This document shows, one piece after another, positions 35,409-47,600 of a DNA stretch of 64,000 bases; within the stretch, counting starts at the first letter, position 1; each line of letters starts with the position of its first letter. The notes below the pieces were generated by a model. The model was not told where the DNA came from. It ran no database searches and saw nothing but the letters and a program-made list of their open reading frames with translations. The DNA is from Azolla caroliniana (taxonomy: Eukaryota; Plantae; Polypodiophyta). Location of the stretch: the NCBI GenBank assembly GCA_043228905.1, contig JBHGNT010000008.1:5828001-5892000 (forward strand). Direction: 5' to 3'. A program made the translations under genes and the position numbers.

Positions 35409-38385
35409 ATGGTAGAAAAAAGGAAAAGGTCGGATGATGAGATTGGCTCAACCAAAAAGCATGAAACAAGAGAAAGCAAAAGAAAGAGATGGACGCAAAA
35501 GTTGAAAAAGGTAAATCTGGTCCTTCATTCAAATTAATATTTGATATTGAAAAGGATATAGATTTAAAGAAAATTTTAGAAACAAGAATACTAGATAGTC
35601 GAGTAGAATTTACACTAAGAGAAGTGTTAGGTATTGCAAAAAAGGGATTTCATGATGAAATAATTGATATTGTGCGAAGAAAGAAGCAAGTAAATGAGCA
35701 AGTTAAAGAGACAAATCCGAAGGTGGCATATGAAGTGGTAAGCAACGAGTCGAACAATATCATTGTTGACTCTCAACATGCATCAAACTCAATGATAAGT
35801 TCAACAGAGACAAGAAGCCACTACTCTTGCAAATGTTGGGCAAGAGCCACTGCTGAGCATCATGTGAAGATTGGAAATGTTCCAGACTCGGTGATGGCAC
35901 TTATTGATCATGGTTCTGAAATAAATATAATGAGTGTTGATTTTTACAGGAAAGGTAGATGGCCAATTGATACTCAACATGGTTGGCAACTAAAAGCGGC
36001 CACATCAATCACCGAAGATTTATTTGGTGCATGCCCAAATGTAAGGGTTACCATTGGCGATATAGAGGTAGATCAACATTTCTTTGTGCGGGAAGGATCT
36101 ACCTATCCAATAATCTTGGGGCAACCATATATCACAATAGTACGGATGGAGACCAAAGTCCTTGACAATGGTTCTGCCTATGCAAAAATTCGTAGCCAAG
36201 ATGGACGATGAATTGTACAGTTTATGACAGGTCGTCCAAATCATGAGAGGAACAAGCAAGAGTTTCGTGATCATTCAATACCAAAAGATTGTGATGATTT
36301 TGATAATCAGGTTTTTTACTAGGACTGTTGGAGTGAGGGTTGCAATAGTCCCATTATTAAAAGACCCTCATATAGGGCATTACAACATATGAATAAGTCA
36401 TTTCATGTTTCTGAAAGTGGTGCTATATGTGTGACTAGGATGTATGAATGCAAGAGGAACTTGAAAAAGAATGCTAATCTGTTTCAGTAGGCATTGAAGG
36501 ATAATGGAGTACTTGAAATGGAAGAGCAAATTGACAGTGTTATGGAAGAAATTTCTTTTGCAAATACTTTAGAAGAGTTAGAAATGTATTTGAAAGATGA
36601 TGAGAATGTTAGAAAGATACATGTAAACTCAGTTGATATGTATTATGAAATTGATAAGTATAATTGTAAATATGAAGAAGTAGAAGGTTTATGTAACCCA
36701 AAATATAAAACAATAGATAAAAAGATTAAACTTGTTGCAGTACCATTACCTATTGGTAGCGAAGAGAAGATGAGGCAACATCAACTGAGCCTATGCTTCC
36801 ACCAATAGAGAAGATTGGACATCACTTCACTTCGGATACAATAAATAACTTAAGAATTGGAGGGGGTGAATTTCTTCTACAATCAGAGATCGTGACTTTC
36901 AAAGACATGATCTTTAGGCATGGGAAAGCGTTCACATTCAAAGCCGAGGAGATTGGTTGTGTAGATCCAAAGGTGGTAACGCCAATGGTAATATTTACTA
37001 TCCCTCATATTCCTTGGAATTTTAAACGTATTGCAGTACCGAGAGCTTGATTACCTCAATTGTTGGAGCTACTGAAGGATAAAGTCAAGATGAAGATTTT
37101 AGAAATGCACCATACTCTAACCGATGGTTCACCGTTCCAAAGAAAGATGGCTCTCTAAGATTCATTCAAGATCTACAACCAATCAACAAAGTCACAATCC
37201 GAAATGCAGGAATCGGGTCGATCGTTGATGAATTTGCAGAAGCTTTTGCTGGGAGAGCAATTTACTTTGTGGGAGACCTATATTCAGGATATGACCAATT
37301 TCAACTAGCAATTGATAGTCACAATATCACAACAATGAAAACACCAATTGGGTTGGTCTGAATGTGCAATACCTCAAGGTGCAACAAATTCAGTTGCTCA
37401 TATGATGAATGCAATGAACAAGGTTCTACATGAGTACACCCCAAAGGTAACTATGCCATTTTTAGATGATATTCCTATCAAAGGATGTTTAGAAAGAGAG
37501 AAAGATGAGACTATGGTTGGAAATGGTTGCAGAAAGTTTGGTATGGATCACATTAATGATTGTGAAAGTATTTTAAATAAGCTTGAGCAGGTACATTTGA
37601 CACTATCAGGAACAAAGTCAAACTTTGGGTAGAATGAAGTTCTCATAGTTGGTCATATGTGTGGGTCGTATGGGAGGAAGCCTTCACCAATCAAAATTAA
37701 CGCAATACAAAACATGAAGGAAGTTTGCGGATTAGTAACAGAGGTGAGAAGATTTTTAGGTGCATGTGTATTTTATCATATTTGGTTACCACACTTTGCA
37801 CATGTCTCAGATCCTCTCTATCAACTTTTAAGAAAAGGGAAGAAGTTTATATGGATTGATGAACATACACAAGTTGTTCAACAATTGAAAGAAGCATTAT
37901 TGAAAGCTCCAGTTCTTCGTCAACTAGAGTACAAAGGTGAAAGATCAATTATAGTGACAGTTGATACTAGCCCAATCGGGATTGGTTGGGTTATCAACCA
38001 AGAAGATGAAGAGCAACATCGATATGCTATCAGGTTTGGAGCAAAGATATTAAATGATAGGCAAAGAAATTATGCGCAAGTTAAACGAGAATTGTGGGGT
38101 TTGCTTACTGCACTAAAATTAGATAGAGATTACTTGATTGGAGCAGATGTAGTGGTTGAAACAAATTGTTTGCCACTCATCGGAATGATAGCAAGTTGCA
38201 CGACACCAGATATTGCAATGCTTCGGTGGATTGCATACATCAGAACCATGAACCTAGAATTGTGGCATATAAAGGGCAAAGAGAATCATGTCGCAGATAT
38301 GCTATCAAGGGCAAGGTTCATAAATGAAAAGCTAATGGAAACTGAAGATAAGAACCGGGCAACTACAAGCCATCAAGTTGCTCAT
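35409..38385 (+). pseudogene. gypsy element C fragment: gag end, protease, RT, RNase H (distinct lineage)
   Basis: LIDHGSEINIMS, DLYSGYDQF, PQGATNSVAHM, FLDDIPIKG, TVDTSPIGIGW, NYAQVKRELWG, VADMLSR. Confidence 0.88.
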
Positions 38386-38743
38386 TGTTACCCGTAAGAA
38401 TATACGGGGAGGCATAAGGGTATGTGTAATGATGTGGTTGATGTGTATGTGTAAAGTAAATGAGTATGTGAGGATGAGTATGTGTGAGCACATACACAAT
38501 TATGTGCATGTGACAAGAATGTAACGATCTTCTTTTTGTAACGGTCATATTATTAACCGTTACACTATGTACTATATAAACCCCTAATGGGGCATATAAT
38601 GGAATATACAAATTTCCCCTCTCACATTTGTGTCATTTCCTATTTGTCTTTCTCTCTAGCTCTCTCCCTATCGTAACCCCCTTGGGAGGGGGGTGAAGCC
38701 ATTGTAGGCTTCACTCCCCACCCCAACAACACTTTTGGCATGC
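38386..38743 (+). mobile_element. 346-bp LTR plus an 8-nt PBS stub (same family as 13834)
   Basis: TGTTACC...CAACAACA followed by CTTT TGGCATGC. Confidence 0.85.
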
Positions 38744-39628
38744 TTGAACGGCCGACCTTGCCTTGAGAGGAAGTCTATCCCTTACTCTCCCTCTTCATCA
38801 CTAATCTCTCTCTCCCTCTCGAGGTTGTGTGTCTACGTTTTTTAGTGTGTGTGTCTGTGTGTGTTGAGAGAGAGCTTCACCAAGCTCTGACATACATAAA
38901 TGGGGATGGATGATGTGTTTGCTTCTCTGAGATAGAAAGCTAGAGAGAGATCCTTTAGCTTTCTTAGAGCTATCCGATTCAAACAAAGAGAAGGTGAAGT
39001 TTGGTTCCACTCAATAACCTGTATTCGGGATGGTAACCAAATCCTATCAAAATGGTAAAGTTGTGAGTGTGTACTGAGTTAGTCTGTAACAATAACCTTT
39101 AAACCCTAATCGTAGACCCAAAACCCCATTAGCTCTACACTCAGTGTCATATAACAGAAATTGGATGGTTGGATTGATCGATTGAATAACAAAAGTATGA
39201 AGCAGTTGAGTGCTATTAGGGATGAAGTTCAGAGGGGTGGATCTGTAAAGCAAACGGGTCTGATCCGACTAATACATTCTTTGTTCCTGATCAGTGCATC
39301 ACTCTCTCTACCAGAAAACTCTCCCTTCCTCTTCTTCCCCTGCTTCTACTTCTTTCCATCACCATCCTTGGCATTAACGCAGGAGACAGAGCGAACAACG
39401 CTTTGAAGGATATGGCAACAATGATGAAACAATAGAATAGGCTGGAAGAAGTGATAGAGACCATCAAGTCGATTCAGTATCGAGTTGCTCAAGAGGAATT
39501 CAGAGCCACGCAGCAGACAGACCGACAAGACGGCAATGGCCGCAGACGGAGTTGGCTGGACAGAGAAACAACCGCCAGATAGAGGCAGCCGGAGGATGCA
39601 GAGCATGGATTCAGAGACGAGAATAAGA

Positions 39629-40071
39629 ATGATCCTCCTCCTCACTGTAGCCATGCTCTCCTTCTTCGTCCATGAATTGGGGCATGCAGACATTGTTAGG
39701 AGAGAGCAATGGGAGCTTGCTCAACAGTCCAACCCTTCCTTTTGTGGTGGCTCCAAGATCATCAAGGTTTGAGGCATCTTCATTCCCAAACACCATTAAA
39801 TATTCCTCATTAGAGAATCAGGAGAAGGAAGGAGACAATGGCAATGAGAAAGATGTTGATCATTCTGAGATGATTGAAGATTTTGCTTCCAAGGATACAT
39901 TAATTAGATAAAGTGAAGAAGAATCCTATGGCTCAGCATCGAAAGAGGATGAGACAAATTTTGAAATGCTCAATGAGGTAAATAAGGGGCTCTTCTCTGT
40001 GAAACTGAAAGTGGGTGGTGTTTTAGCACCCCATTGGAATCCGAGAGCCATGGAGATTGCACTAGTAACCA
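39629..40071 (+). pseudogene. vicilin-like cupin gene fragment disrupted by copia-3
   Basis: Signal-peptide-like MILLLTVAMLSFF, and GLFSVKLKVGGVLAPHWNPRAMEIALVT matching the cupin PHxNPRA(T)E motif; contains stops and deletions. Confidence 0.6.
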
Positions 40072-40704
40072 TGTTAGATATAATCAATGATCAGCCCCAA
40101 GTTGTAAATCTATCCCCATATGTGCTCTTAGAGTGCACATTTTGTGATAGCGCCCCAAATGAGGAGCGGCTAGTGTGCAACTCGACCATATGGGTCGATA
40201 AGGTGTTAATCTAGGAAACCGTAGATGCGTAGGACACAATATATTTAGGAAAGAGAGAAATAGATAAAAGGATTGTCTAATCAAGTCAGCTAGAATATTT
40301 TGTGGGCAAGTTACGATGTACTTAGTCTTGAAGTATGCGTCATTGACTTCAAGATAAGTATTATCTAGCACTAGCCTGTACCTAGGGAGTTGGGTCATAT
40401 TAAATGACAAGTCAGTTGACAGAAAAGGAATATCTCCACTACTGTCAACTGACTTGCACATTTATACTAAGACCAAACATAGATTATAAGTCACTTTTCT
40501 CACACAGTGGTCAGATTGATCATTAGTCCCCACTAATTTTGTAGTGAGCCGGTCCATATCCTATCTAAGCTCTAAGGTGTGAGCGCATGGGAAAACTACC
40601 ATTTTGAACTACTCTCATATGTAATAGAAATTCTGTTTTCATATATCCATCTCTGCAGTTGTAACTCTATATACCTATCTACTCGATTCTCAATATTTCT
40701 AACA
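40072..40704 (+). repeat. copia-3 5' LTR
   Basis: TGTTAG...CTAACA, directly followed by TGGTATCAGAGC. Confidence 0.97.
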
Positions 40705-40801
40705 TGGTATCAGAGCGAAGAGGTTGATCTAGATTAGGTATATACGGGTAGTTGCTATCTAGCAACAGAGAGAAATAGAGAGAGAGAGAGACAGAGTATC
40801 A

Positions 40802-43800
40802 ATGGCCTTGTCCACGAATGTTGCAGCTGCTCCATTGCGCATTCGCCCACCTCCATTGTCTGATGGAAAGCTAGATGGAACCAACTACACTCTATGGAAG
40901 TTCAAAATGTCTGCCATTTTGGATTCCTACGAGTTGTTGGAAACAATCGTGGGACCCACAGGGGGAGACCCTGAGCCCATGGCAACCTTTGACCCTGCAC
41001 AGCCTACCACATCAATTCCTCCAAATGCTGATCTACTTCGAGCCTGGAAGAGAAGGAATGCTGATGCGCTATGTACCATAGTCACTGGTGTATGTGACTC
41101 CGTACTAACACTAGTGCAACATACAACTAGGGCACATGAAGCTTGGAGCATATTGGCCAGCCAGTATGAGACCAGAAACTATACAAGGATACAAAACCTC
41201 GAAAATCAGCTTGCTGCAGAGAAGCTCGCTGATGGAGAGAAAGTAGAATCCTTTGTAAAAAGGATTAAGGATCTTCAAGATCAGCTGGCGGCTGTTGGAG
41301 TAGTCGTCTCTCAAGAGGATATGGCTCGTCGGTGCATTCGAGTACTTCCTTTCAAGTATGATGGCATTGTGACAGCATTGAACACTCAGGTTCGACCCAC
41401 TCCTTTAAAATTTGATGAACTAAGTGCAATGCTGCTTGAAGAGGAGCTTCGGCTGAAGACAAGAGAAGAAAGGGAAGATTCAGCATTTGTCTCTAGGACT
41501 AAGGGTGAAGGGGCATCCAATTCAAACAATGCGAATAGGATACCGAAGAAGAAGAAGTTCAATGGATCGTGTTTCTACTGTGACAAGAAAGGTCACACAA
41601 TCAAGGATTGTCGAAAGAAGATGGCGGATGAGAAGAATGGTTCTAATAAGACTTCTTGGAGAGAGCCCGAGTCCGCTAACAATGTCGTAGATGAACTTGA
41701 GTTATGGGTCGCAACTGAAGAAGTGTGTTCTTCAGTTGACACTCAAGTTGTTGATGAGTCTTGGATTCTCGATAGTGGAGCATCCCGACATATGACCAGT
41801 AATCGTGACTGGTACAGTTCTTGGACACCTCTACAAGAGCCCATCAATGTTGTGGTCGGGAACAATGCTCGATGTCCGGCTAAAGGAACCGGAACCGTCT
41901 CCCTCAAAGCAACGACCGGTGGGACAAAGCATCTCTCTCAAGTGTTGTACGTGCCAGATCTGAAGAAGAATCTACTGTCCATTTCTGCACTGACTGACAA
42001 GGGTCTTGATGTTCGATTCAAGAAGTCGGGTGCAGAAATAACAGATTCTGCTGGCAACGTTGTAGGAATAGGGGTGAGGCGCAACAATCTCTATGAGCTG
42101 AGCGCGTTTACCATTTCTACTGACCACAGCACAAGTACCAACACAAAGCAATTGCATGAGAGATTTGGGCATCTCAACGTTGTTGTGTTGAAGGAGATGA
42201 AGAAGTCGAATATGGTAGTTGGGTTGCCAACCCTATCTGACTTAAGTCATGTTTGTGATGCTTGTATGATGGGCAAGCATCAAAGATCAGCCATTCCAAA
42301 AGAGAGTCAAAATCGGGCAAAGACTCCTCTACAGCTAATACACATTGACCTCTCTGGAAAAATGGTGACTCCTGCAATGGGTGGATCTCTCTACTATATG
42401 CTAATAGTCGACGACTTCAGCAGAAAGATGTGGGTTTACTTCCTTCGGGAGAAGGCTGAAGCTTTTAAAATCTTCAAAAGATGGCATAAGTTTGTCGAGC
42501 GAGAGTCTGGAAAGTTAGTGAAGGAGCTACGCTCTGATCGAGGTGGAGAATTCTTATCAATAGAATTCTGTGAGTATTGCAAAGAGCATGGAATTAAGCG
42601 CCAACTTACAACTGCCTACACCCCACAACAAAATGGCGTTGTCGAACGTCGAAATCGAACAGTTGTCGAGATGGCTAGGTGTATGTTGAAGGCACAAGCG
42701 CTGCCCGACCCATTCTGGGCTGAAGCAGTGAACACAACAGTTTACATCCTCAATCGGAGCTACACGAAGGCACTTCAAGGGAAAACACCCCAAGAAGCTT
42801 ATTCAGGCAAGAAACCTTCAGTACTGCACTTCAAAACCTTTGGGTGTATGTGCTACGCACATATTCCAGATGTGAGCAGAAAGAAGTTGGATGCTAAAAG
42901 CAAAAAGTGTATCTTTCTCGGATATAGTGAAGAGTCAAAGGCCTATCGACTCTACGATCCAGAGGCAAGAAAGATATTGACAAGCCGCGATGTGGTGTTC
43001 GATGAGGAACAACCACAGCTAGTTGAGAACAACGATTCTCAAGTTATCTCATCAACTGAAGAAGTATTTTACCCAATCCCGACCCATTATCCAAAAAAGG
43101 AAGCTGAACCATCTGATGGTAATGGTTCACTAGTTCAGCCTATGCCAGTCCCACATGTAAAGAAAATACCTAAGTGGGCTCAACAACTCTTCAATGATCA
43201 TACTCCTAAAGTTGAGTTTCCTGAAACTTCAACTGATGGATTACGAAGATCAAGAAGAATACAGGAGCAAGGAAGAACCTCTGACCACATTGTCAACATG
43301 GCTCTGATGGTGGACATCATAGGCTCAGTGAGTGAGCCGACCTCGGTGGAGGAAGCGATGGCCGACCCGAAGTGGAAAGAGGCGATGATATCAGAATATG
43401 ATAGCATCATGAAAAATGACACATGGGAGTTGGTAGAGAGGCCAACAAAGAAGAAGGTGATAGGCACGAAGTGGGTATGGAAAGTAAAGTATAAAGCTGA
43501 TGGCTCTTTGGAGAAATTCAAGGCCAGGCTAGTAGCGCAAGGATACTCCCAAATTGAAGGGTTCGATGTACAAGAAACATTTGCCCCGACAGCTCGCATG
43601 ACAACAATTCGAATGGTCATAGCGTTGGCTGCTTCAAGAGGATGGCCGATTTATCAAATGGATGTCAAATCAGCATTTCTGAATGGGCATCTCAAGGAGG
43701 AGGTATATGTGACACAACCACCGGGGTTTGAGATACCAAATTCAGAAAACAAAGTTTGCAAGCTGAAGAAGGCACTATATGGTCTAAAGCAAGCACCAAG

Positions 43801-44896
43801 AGCTTGGAACAAGAGGATAGACAGCTTCTTACGATCAATCGACTTTAAGCAATGTGCTTCGGATGCAAGTATGTATGTCAAAATGAAGGACGGGAAACAA
43901 GTCATCATTATCATTTACGTGGATGATCTAGTACTTACTGGTGACCATGAAGAGTGCATTGGCCAAACACAAGAGTGTTTGAAAACTGAGTTTGAAATGA
44001 CAGACTTGGGGATTCTACACTACTTCCTTGGAATTGAGGTTTGGCAAACCTCGGTCGGCATCTTCATGTCACAAAGAAAGTATGCAACAGAGATCTTGAA
44101 GACCTTCGGGATGATGGACAGCAAGTCGAAGTCGACTCCAATGGAGTCAAACTGCAAGCTATCCCAAGAAGACTCATCACCAATGGTTGACATAAGGAAG
44201 TATAGACAACTAGTAGGAAGTCTAATTTTCCTATGCAACACTAGGCCGGATATTTGTTTTGCAGTCAATGTGGTGAGTCGATTCAGCAACAAGCCGAAGG
44301 AGACTCATTGGAAAGCTGCTCTACGTGTATTAAAGTACATTGTGGGTACTTTAAATTATGGAATCTTCTACAAGCCAACAATTGACCAACTTAGTGGATA
44401 TTGCGACTCCGATTGGGCTGGAGATAGTGATTCCAGAAAATCAGTTTCTGGATATTGTTTTTCAATAGGATCTGGAGCTGTTTCATGGAGTAGTAAAAAA
44501 CAACCAACAGTGGCACTATCTTCAACGGAGGCAGAATACAAAGCAGCATGCATAGCGGCATGCGAGGTAGTTTGGCTAAGAAGAATCCTTATGGATGTGG
44601 CAGTCCCAATAAGGACGGCAACGGTATTGAGGTGTGACAATCAAAGTTGCATGGCCATTGCCAAGAACCCCGTATTTCATGCACGTACTGAACACATAGA
44701 GATTCAGTATCACTATGTGCGGGAGCTAATAAATGATGAGATTGTGGAGCTTGAGTACTGTCCAACATCAGAAAATGCTGCAGATATCTTCACAAAGGCG
44801 CTTGGAGCAGAACAGTTGCAACAACACCTTCGACGACTAGGTGTTGGCCCAATTCCAAGTGAACTCAATGGGTTGATCATTGAGGGGGCGTGTTAG
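40802..44896 (+). CDS. copia gag-pol polyprotein, 1364 aa
   Basis: [30 protein letters not shown]...[30 protein letters not shown]. Confidence 0.97.
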   Translation: MALSTNVAAAPLRIRPPPLSDGKLDGTNYTLWKFKMSAILDSYELLETIVGPTGGDPEPMATFDPAQPTTSIPPNADLLRAWKRRNADALCTIVTGVCDSVLTLVQHTTRAHEAWSILASQYETRNYTRIQNLENQLAAEKLADGEKVESFVKRIKDLQDQLAAVGVVVSQEDMARRCIRVLPFKYDGIVTALNTQVRPTPLKFDELSAMLLEEELRLKTREEREDSAFVSRTKGEGASNSNNANRIPKKKKFNGSCFYCDKKGHTIKDCRKKMADEKNGSNKTSWREPESANNVVDELELWVATEEVCSSVDTQVVDESWILDSGASRHMTSNRDWYSSWTPLQEPINVVVGNNARCPAKGTGTVSLKATTGGTKHLSQVLYVPDLKKNLLSISALTDKGLDVRFKKSGAEITDSAGNVVGIGVRRNNLYELSAFTISTDHSTSTNTKQLHERFGHLNVVVLKEMKKSNMVVGLPTLSDLSHVCDACMMGKHQRSAIPKESQNRAKTPLQLIHIDLSGKMVTPAMGGSLYYMLIVDDFSRKMWVYFLREKAEAFKIFKRWHKFVERESGKLVKELRSDRGGEFLSIEFCEYCKEHGIKRQLTTAYTPQQNGVVERRNRTVVEMARCMLKAQALPDPFWAEAVNTTVYILNRSYTKALQGKTPQEAYSGKKPSVLHFKTFGCMCYAHIPDVSRKKLDAKSKKCIFLGYSEESKAYRLYDPEARKILTSRDVVFDEEQPQLVENNDSQVISSTEEVFYPIPTHYPKKEAEPSDGNGSLVQPMPVPHVKKIPKWAQQLFNDHTPKVEFPETSTDGLRRSRRIQEQGRTSDHIVNMALMVDIIGSVSEPTSVEEAMADPKWKEAMISEYDSIMKNDTWELVERPTKKKVIGTKWVWKVKYKADGSLEKFKARLVAQGYSQIEGFDVQETFAPTARMTTIRMVIALAASRGWPIYQMDVKSAFLNGHLKEEVYVTQPPGFEIPNSENKVCKLKKALYGLKQAPRAWNKRIDSFLRSIDFKQCASDASMYVKMKDGKQVIIIIYVDDLVLTGDHEECIGQTQECLKTEFEMTDLGILHYFLGIEVWQTSVGIFMSQRKYATEILKTFGMMDSKSKSTPMESNCKLSQEDSSPMVDIRKYRQLVGSLIFLCNTRPDICFAVNVVSRFSNKPKETHWKAALRVLKYIVGTLNYGIFYKPTIDQLSGYCDSDWAGDSDSRKSVSGYCFSIGSGAVSWSSKKQPTVALSSTEAEYKAACIAACEVVWLRRILMDVAVPIRTATVLRCDNQSCMAIAKNPVFHARTEHIEIQYHYVRELINDEIVELEYCPTSENAADIFTKALGAEQLQQHLRRLGVGPIPSELNGLIIEGAC

Positions 44897-45523
44897 ATAT
44901 AATCAATGATCAGCCCCAAGTTGTAAATCTATCCCCATATGTGCTCTTAGAGTGCACATTTTGTGATAGCGCCCCAAATGAGGAGCGGCTAGTGTGCAAC
45001 TCGACCATATGGGTCGATAAGGTGTTAATCTAGGAAACCGTAGATGCGTAGGACACAATATATTTAGGAAAGAGAGAAATAGATAAAAGGATTGTCTAAT
45101 CAAGTCAGCTAGAATATTTTGTGGGCAAGTTACGATGTACTTAGTCTTGAAGTATGCGTCATTGACTTCAAGATAAGTATTATCTAGCACTAGCCTGTAC
45201 CTAGGGAGTTGGGTCATATTAAATGACAAGTCAGTTGACAGAAAAGGAATATCTCCACTACTGTCAACTGACTTGCACATTTATACTAAGACCAAACATA
45301 GATTATAAGTCACTTTTCTCACACAGTGGTCAGATTGATCATTAGTCCCCACTAATTTTGTAGTGAGCCGGTCCATATCCTATCTAAGCTCTAAGGTGTG
45401 AGCGCATGGGAAAACTACCATTTTGAACTACTCTCATATGTAATAGAAATTCTGTTTTCATATATCCATCTCTGCAGTTGTAACTCTATATACCTATCTA
45501 CTCGATTCTCAATATTTCTAACA
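44891..45523 (+). repeat. copia-3 3' LTR
   Basis: Direct copy of 40072-40704. Confidence 0.97.
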
Positions 45524-46381
45524 ACCAGGAGGAGGAGGAGGCCATGTGAGCTCGAACCTTCCGCACCATTATCAGCTGCTACATGAAGAGCAAATTCTGC
45601 AAGATCTGCCAAAGGCCTAGCATCTATTATATCCAACATAGGAACAAAGCGAGAGCCAAGAACGATGGACAGTATTCGCACTAGGCCACTTGGTCGTAAA
45701 CCCCGTGGGCCGAGGCCACTGCCGCCGCAATCAATGTCGTTGTTGCCGCTGTCGTGAAGATTTTCAGCAATGGTGTGAAAATCGCATAAAACATACGAAA
45801 TCGAGTATGAATCATAATAGTGAAAATACTATTTTAAATAATTTTAATATTTTAGTACAAAAAGATGGAGGTCTTCAAGAGCTTTCGAATGCACTTTACT
45901 ACATAAGAAACGAACATCTAAGTCTCAAGTTATGAGGGTAGGAAGTTTGTAAAGGAAAAGAGAAAGATAAAACTGTGAGAGATCCCACATAGACAGAACA
46001 AATAAGGATCTTACCATATATAAGGCAAAGAAAAAACTATTGTCTTTGTGTTTATGTGTGGAGCATAGAGAGTTCAAGGTGACTTGAACTAAGCTAATTG
46101 GATGAGTGGGTGTGGCCTAGCTACTTGTAAAAGTTTTTTGCCAACCAAAACCGGCGGCAACCGGCGACGGTGACAGTGACGGTGATGGTGAGCCGGTGAG
46201 CCAGCGACCGGCCGGTTACCGGCAAACGACCTTGGGATGCGGACCAAACCGGCTCGGGATGCGGACTAAACCAGGCCAAACCGAATGAATGCAAATCGGT
46301 CACGGCGGTCAATCGCGGTGCATGGTGTTTTAAAGATATTTGGTCCAAAAGCCTAATAGTATTTTGTGCATAAAAGAAAAA

Positions 46382-46450
46382 GATGTAAGCAAGACTCGAA
46401 CTTAACACCTCCAAGATAAGAAGCAATAGGCTTACCATTAAGCCAAACCA
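46382..46450 (-). mobile_element. tRNA-derived (SINE-head-like) sequence
   Basis: Minus strand shows A box TGGCTTAATGG and B box AGTTCGAGTC at tRNA-like spacing; no clean cloverleaf. Confidence 0.45.
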
Positions 46451-47251
46451 TTTCTTTAAAGATTATATTTTTATCATTATAGCTTTAGATGTAAATTCTC
46501 ATGTGTGACAGCTTAGATGATAACATGGCCCACATGTAGAACCATCTCTTCCCTATAAAAGGAGAAGGAAGTATAGACAAAAGAACCCAAGAAATAAGAT
46601 TGAGAGGATTATATTGGATCTAAAGAAAGATATATTATAATAGAGAGGGAGAGAAATGTATCTTCAAGAGAAGAGAAGAACTAGCTTGGTGATTGTGGTC
46701 CTCAACGCGCAACGAAAGGGCGGTGGTTCGAGTCTTATACTTGTCGAGAGATTGAAGGGAAGACTATGGTCCACTATTAAGAAAGAGGAAGGTGGTTACC
46801 TTGCGAGACAAGAATTGAAAGTTCAACTACGATTGCAACCATTTTGTAACTCTTTCATGAAAATGATTATAAATTTCATATATTTTCTCAAATATTATTT
46901 TATATCTTATCTTGTCATATCTTATATTCCTTAAAAATCCTATCTTGTCATATCTTATTGATCTCTATTCACTCCATCTCTACTCTTTCGTCTCTTTCGT
47001 CCATAATCCTAGTGAGTCCTTCCTCACTTTCACGTTATCTTTTGTCTACGCAACGCTACGCTTTTAGGTGAGCCACATCACGACATCGTAATGATTGACG
47101 AAGGCTTTCATTTTCTAATTGAAGTTGTTCCAAGACTGCCATTACTTGGTTTAAGTTGTTGACCGAGTCAGACATGGTAACAAGAAGAGGAAGGTGAACA
47201 AACTATCACGGACGAGTAGACGAGGCTAGGGACAAGTAGACGAAGCTAAAT

Positions 47252-47253
<2 letters not shown>

Positions 47254-47292
<39 letters not shown>

Positions 47293-47321
47293 ATAGACAA
47301 GAGAGCAAGAAAGAGAGAGAG
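47254..47321. repeat. (GA)n microsatellite within an LTR-like remnant
   Basis: Run of GA dinucleotides. Confidence 0.85.
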
Positions 47322-47558
47322 AAAATAGACAAGAGGGCGAGAACTGAATTATGCTTCCGTAACTCGGGTGCACCTTGATTACAATCAAGGTGCACTCGAG
47401 TATTTATACAAGCATCTAGAGCTAGGAAACATCTAGAGAGTGCATGGAAACTTCTAGAGAGTGCATGACGATGCATTCTCTAGAAGTTTCTTGAAAGTTC
47501 TATTGATTAACCCACAATGTAATAAGTTGAATCTTATACAATACAGTAATGCATAAAT

Positions 47559-47600
47559 GGATGTAGCTCAATTGGTAAGGTTGCCCAATAAGACTAGGAT
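47559..47600 (+). mobile_element. truncated tRNA-derived SINE head
   Basis: GGATGTAGCTCAATTGGTAAGGTTGCCC, near-identical to 57767. Confidence 0.55.

Larger units (their letters stand above)
40072..45523 (+). mobile_element. intact, very recent Ty1/copia element (copia-3)
   Basis: 633-bp LTRs identical by eye, PBS 40705-40716, PPT 44882-44888, TSD ACCA, uninterrupted ORF. Confidence 0.97.

Noticed and set aside
46500-47100. Solo LTR
   Set aside because: Has a TATA box and LTR-like composition, but I could not fix TG...CA ends with a TSD or find a partner copy.
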